In this document: in pieces, positions 61,317 through 64,000 of the stretch
How the letters are laid out: the number at the start of each line of letters is the position of its first letter
How positions within the stretch are numbered: the stretch's first letter is position 1
Translations under genes and position numbers: made by a program
NCBI RefSeq assembly: GCF_000143415.4
Contig: NW_003314283.1
Location: forward strand, 923,734 to 987,733
Length of the DNA: 64,000 nt
Direction: 5' to 3'
Source of the DNA: Selaginella moellendorffii
Taxonomy: Eukaryota; Plantae; Lycopodiophyta
Notes under the pieces: generated by a model
The model's input: the letters and a program-made list of their open reading frames with translations, nothing else
Told to the model about the DNA's origin: nothing
Databases searched by the model: none

Positions 61317-63073
61317 ATGGCGACCTCTGGCGTGGTCCTCCGGCCTCTCGATTGCACGCCATCGCCGTCCTCCCCACGCGGCTATGGCTGCAATTCCAGC
61401 GGCGTCGCTGGCGATGGCAGTGGCGAGGAGGAGGAAGAGAGCATCCAGATCTTCGTCGCCATGGCGGGTAAGGCGCTCATTCCCCTACGGATCCTCACCA
61501 GCGACACCATCGCCTCGGTCAAGATGCGCATTCAATCGCTCAAGCGAGGTATGTATGTCAAGCAGCAAAAGCTCGTGCACGACGGCCGGGAGCTCGCCAG
61601 GGACACGAGCCGCGTGAAGGATTATGGGATCCGGCCTAGGGATGTGATCCATCTCGTCCTGCGCGTCTCGGATCTTCTCCAAGTGGTGGTAAAATCCGGA
61701 GGAGGGAGAGAGTACATGCTGAAAGTGGATCGAAGCAGCAGCAGGAAGCCAGCAGCACGATCCCAGAGCCTCTCTCCTTCTCGCCACGAAGATCAAGGAT
61801 TGATCTTGAGAGGCGAGCGCCTGGACGACAAGAGATTGATCGAGGACTTTCTCCTGGAAGACGATGCCGAGGTCCACATCGTGGCGAGAAAAGCTGCCAA
61901 AGTACGTACTTGGCACGTAGGTGGCGGGGGCACCGAAGTTTCCATCGAGGATGAGAAGCGATCCAAGCGAAGAGGAGCTACTGCTCTGATCGAGTCTGGG
62001 GTGGTGAGCTGCCAGCCAGAGATCCAAGTTCCAGAATCGCTTCTGGACATGCTCGGGGAGATCAACGCTGGGCTGGATCAAGGATTTTCTCCCGTCTTGT
62101 CCAGTGCTGGCACTGGTGGAGCGTACTGCATGCTGGATCGATCGGGAAGCAAGGCTCTGGCGATTTTCAAGCCCATGGACGAGGAGCCCATGGCTGAGAA
62201 CAATCCGAGAGGCTTGCCACTGTCCATAAGTGGCGAGGGACTGAAGAGAGGGACCATTGCCGGGCAGGGAGCGCTCCGAGAAGTGGCTGCGTACGTCTTG
62301 GATCACCCGAGGAGTGGACCGAGAGCTCTGGCCGGGAAGAACGAGAAAGGCTTCGCGGGAGTTCCTCCCACTGTCATGGTCCGCTGCTGCCACGCCGGAG
62401 CGGCTTTCAGTGAGCCGGAGAAGCTGGGATCCTTGCAACAGTTCGTCTACTCGTGGAGCAACTGCGAGGACATGGGGCCTGCTCGTTTCCCCGTGGACGA
62501 GGTGCACAAGATCGCTATACTGGATATCCGACTCGCCAACACCGATAGGAATGGTTCCAACATTCTGGTTTGCGAGTCGCCGGACACCTCTTCCATGGAG
62601 CTCGTCCCCATCGATCATGGCTACTGCCTTCCAAGCAAGGTAAACCATCTCTCTCCGAGTTTCCAGATCTCTAAACTCGATCCATGCAGTTCGAGGACTG
62701 TACGTTCGAGTGGCTAACTTGGAACCAGTCCCGGCATCCTTTCTCCAAGCCGAGCCTGGAATACATCGCTTCTCTGGACGCGGACAAGGACCTGGAGCTC
62801 CTGGCGCAGCACGGGTGGCGGATTGGAGTCGAGTCGGCCAGAGTGCTGCGAGTCTCAACCATGCTGCTGCAGCGCGGGGCAGCTGCTGGGCTGTGCGCCT
62901 TTGACATCGGCTCCATGATGTGCCGGGACGCGCTGGACAGCAAGTCGGCCATCGAGAGAATGCTGGAGGAAGCCGAGGGGTGTGTTCTTCCCGAGACGAG
63001 CCAAGAGGCGTTCATGGAGGCCCTGGCTCAAGTCATGGATTATCACTTCCAGCAAGCTCACACCCAACGGTAG
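61317..63073 (+). CDS. PI4KG: Type II PI4-kinase gamma with N-terminal ubiquitin-like domains (UbDK-gamma)
   Basis: Ub-like DTIASVKMRIQ..QQKLV; GTGGAY, IFKPMDEEP, REVAAYVLDH, GSLQQFV, DIRLANTDRNGSNIL, IDHGYCLP; intron 62640-62689. Confidence 0.93.
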
Positions 63074-64000
63074 CTCTCTGTAATCATATTCTTCCCTTTC
63101 TATGGTTAAGCTTTGATCTCCACTCTCATGGTAAATGACTACCTTGCAACGTATTGAAGGCTATCCAATGTGCAAAGAACAGTTTGTGATCCAGTTAGAG
63201 AAAAAATGTCAAACTTTGAAGCTCCAGGCTAAAACACAGTTTAAAGCCTTCTCTTCCTCCTCTCCTGAGATTTTGCTTGTTTCCATCAGCAAGCAAGAAA
63301 TTAAACAGGAAGTTCTTACTTGCTCATGATCAGTTGTTTCTCTCCTATGCACTCAAGCAGCGATAAGTACAGCCATAGCTCCAGCTCCAAAGGCAAGCGT
63401 GCTGAGCAGGAGAAAGATCCACGATCCACGATCGAGCAAGCGACGTGCACGGTATCAACTCCATTTCTAATTCGAACCTAAAATGGACGGTTGGGAAACC
63501 GTGCCATTAAAAGTGTGTACATAAAACATCCAAATAAGTTTTGTTTGATTATTAAGGATTTTCAGCACTTTATTTAAATATTTTGAAATGCTTCTAATAA
63601 TGAATGAATTGGTGATCTTAAGCTTTTAGATTTATTTTAACTCACTTTTGTTTAGTATCAAGCTTCCTGATGATGAAGAAGATTATTAATAACATCTTTT
63701 GTCACTTCCACCAATTCAAATTGTATTGGCATTACCAATTCATTGCATTGCTAATTCAAATCAAATCTCCAATATAAATGGTATGGTATGTGAGTTGTTA
63801 TTATACAAGTGGAAGTCATTTATTATTAGACAACCATTAAATTATTAGATATTGAAGTAAGGAGGGGACTATAAATATAAACATGAGCAGATACAATTGT
63901 TTAATTATAAAGTTTTAAAAACAATACTTTTATAGATTATGTTATATCCTTTAGTAAGCTTAATATACAGTAATACTTATAATACCATTATTGTATTTAA

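Noticed and set aside
61485-62858. 457-aa antisense ORF, and similar long antisense ORFs over GST, ATG4 and the 33.5-kb gene
   Set aside because: Shadow ORFs of GC-rich coding sequence on the opposite strand

Overview
Eukaryotic (land plant) genomic DNA. The ~50-nt GT-AG introns, dense gene packing and gene families suggest a compact lycophyte genome such as Selaginella (inference). The left half (1-30 kb) is a transposon-rich accessory region. It opens with an 8-exon, ~1050-codon gene that can be rebuilt without frameshifts and joins a ParB/Srx-type domain (IIDGNHR) to a beta-class (circularly permuted) N4C/N6A amino-DNA-methyltransferase domain; eight transition-type stop codons now disable it. 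Next come two tandem stand-alone zf-XS-like zinc-finger genes, LTR/Copia remnants, an alpha/beta-hydrolase pseudogene, a tau-class GST and a three-level LTR nest. In the nest, a chromodomain Gypsy with an apparent Tf1-type self-priming PBS (21214-26776, TSD CTGGC) sits inside a non-autonomous LTR element (17170-29118, TSD GTTGT), which itself inserted into an older copy of its own family. The right half is gene-dense: two orphan genes (trypsin-like pseudo-protease with a SAP-like insert; possible REase-fold protein) flanking a scrambled ATG4 relic, then ATG4, chloroplast Cpn60-alpha, two tRNA-Ala(AGC) genes plus a deleted tRNA copy, a SPRY membrane protein, coiled-coil proteins, a PDI-like thioredoxin, sulfiredoxin, a SUPERMAN-like C2H2/EAR protein, an ORF starting with a histone-H3-like ARTKQ, an SCP/FCP1-like phosphatase, an SPH (S1-like) secreted protein and a ubiquitin-domain PI4K-gamma. 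All calls come from motif reading by eye; no database searches were run.
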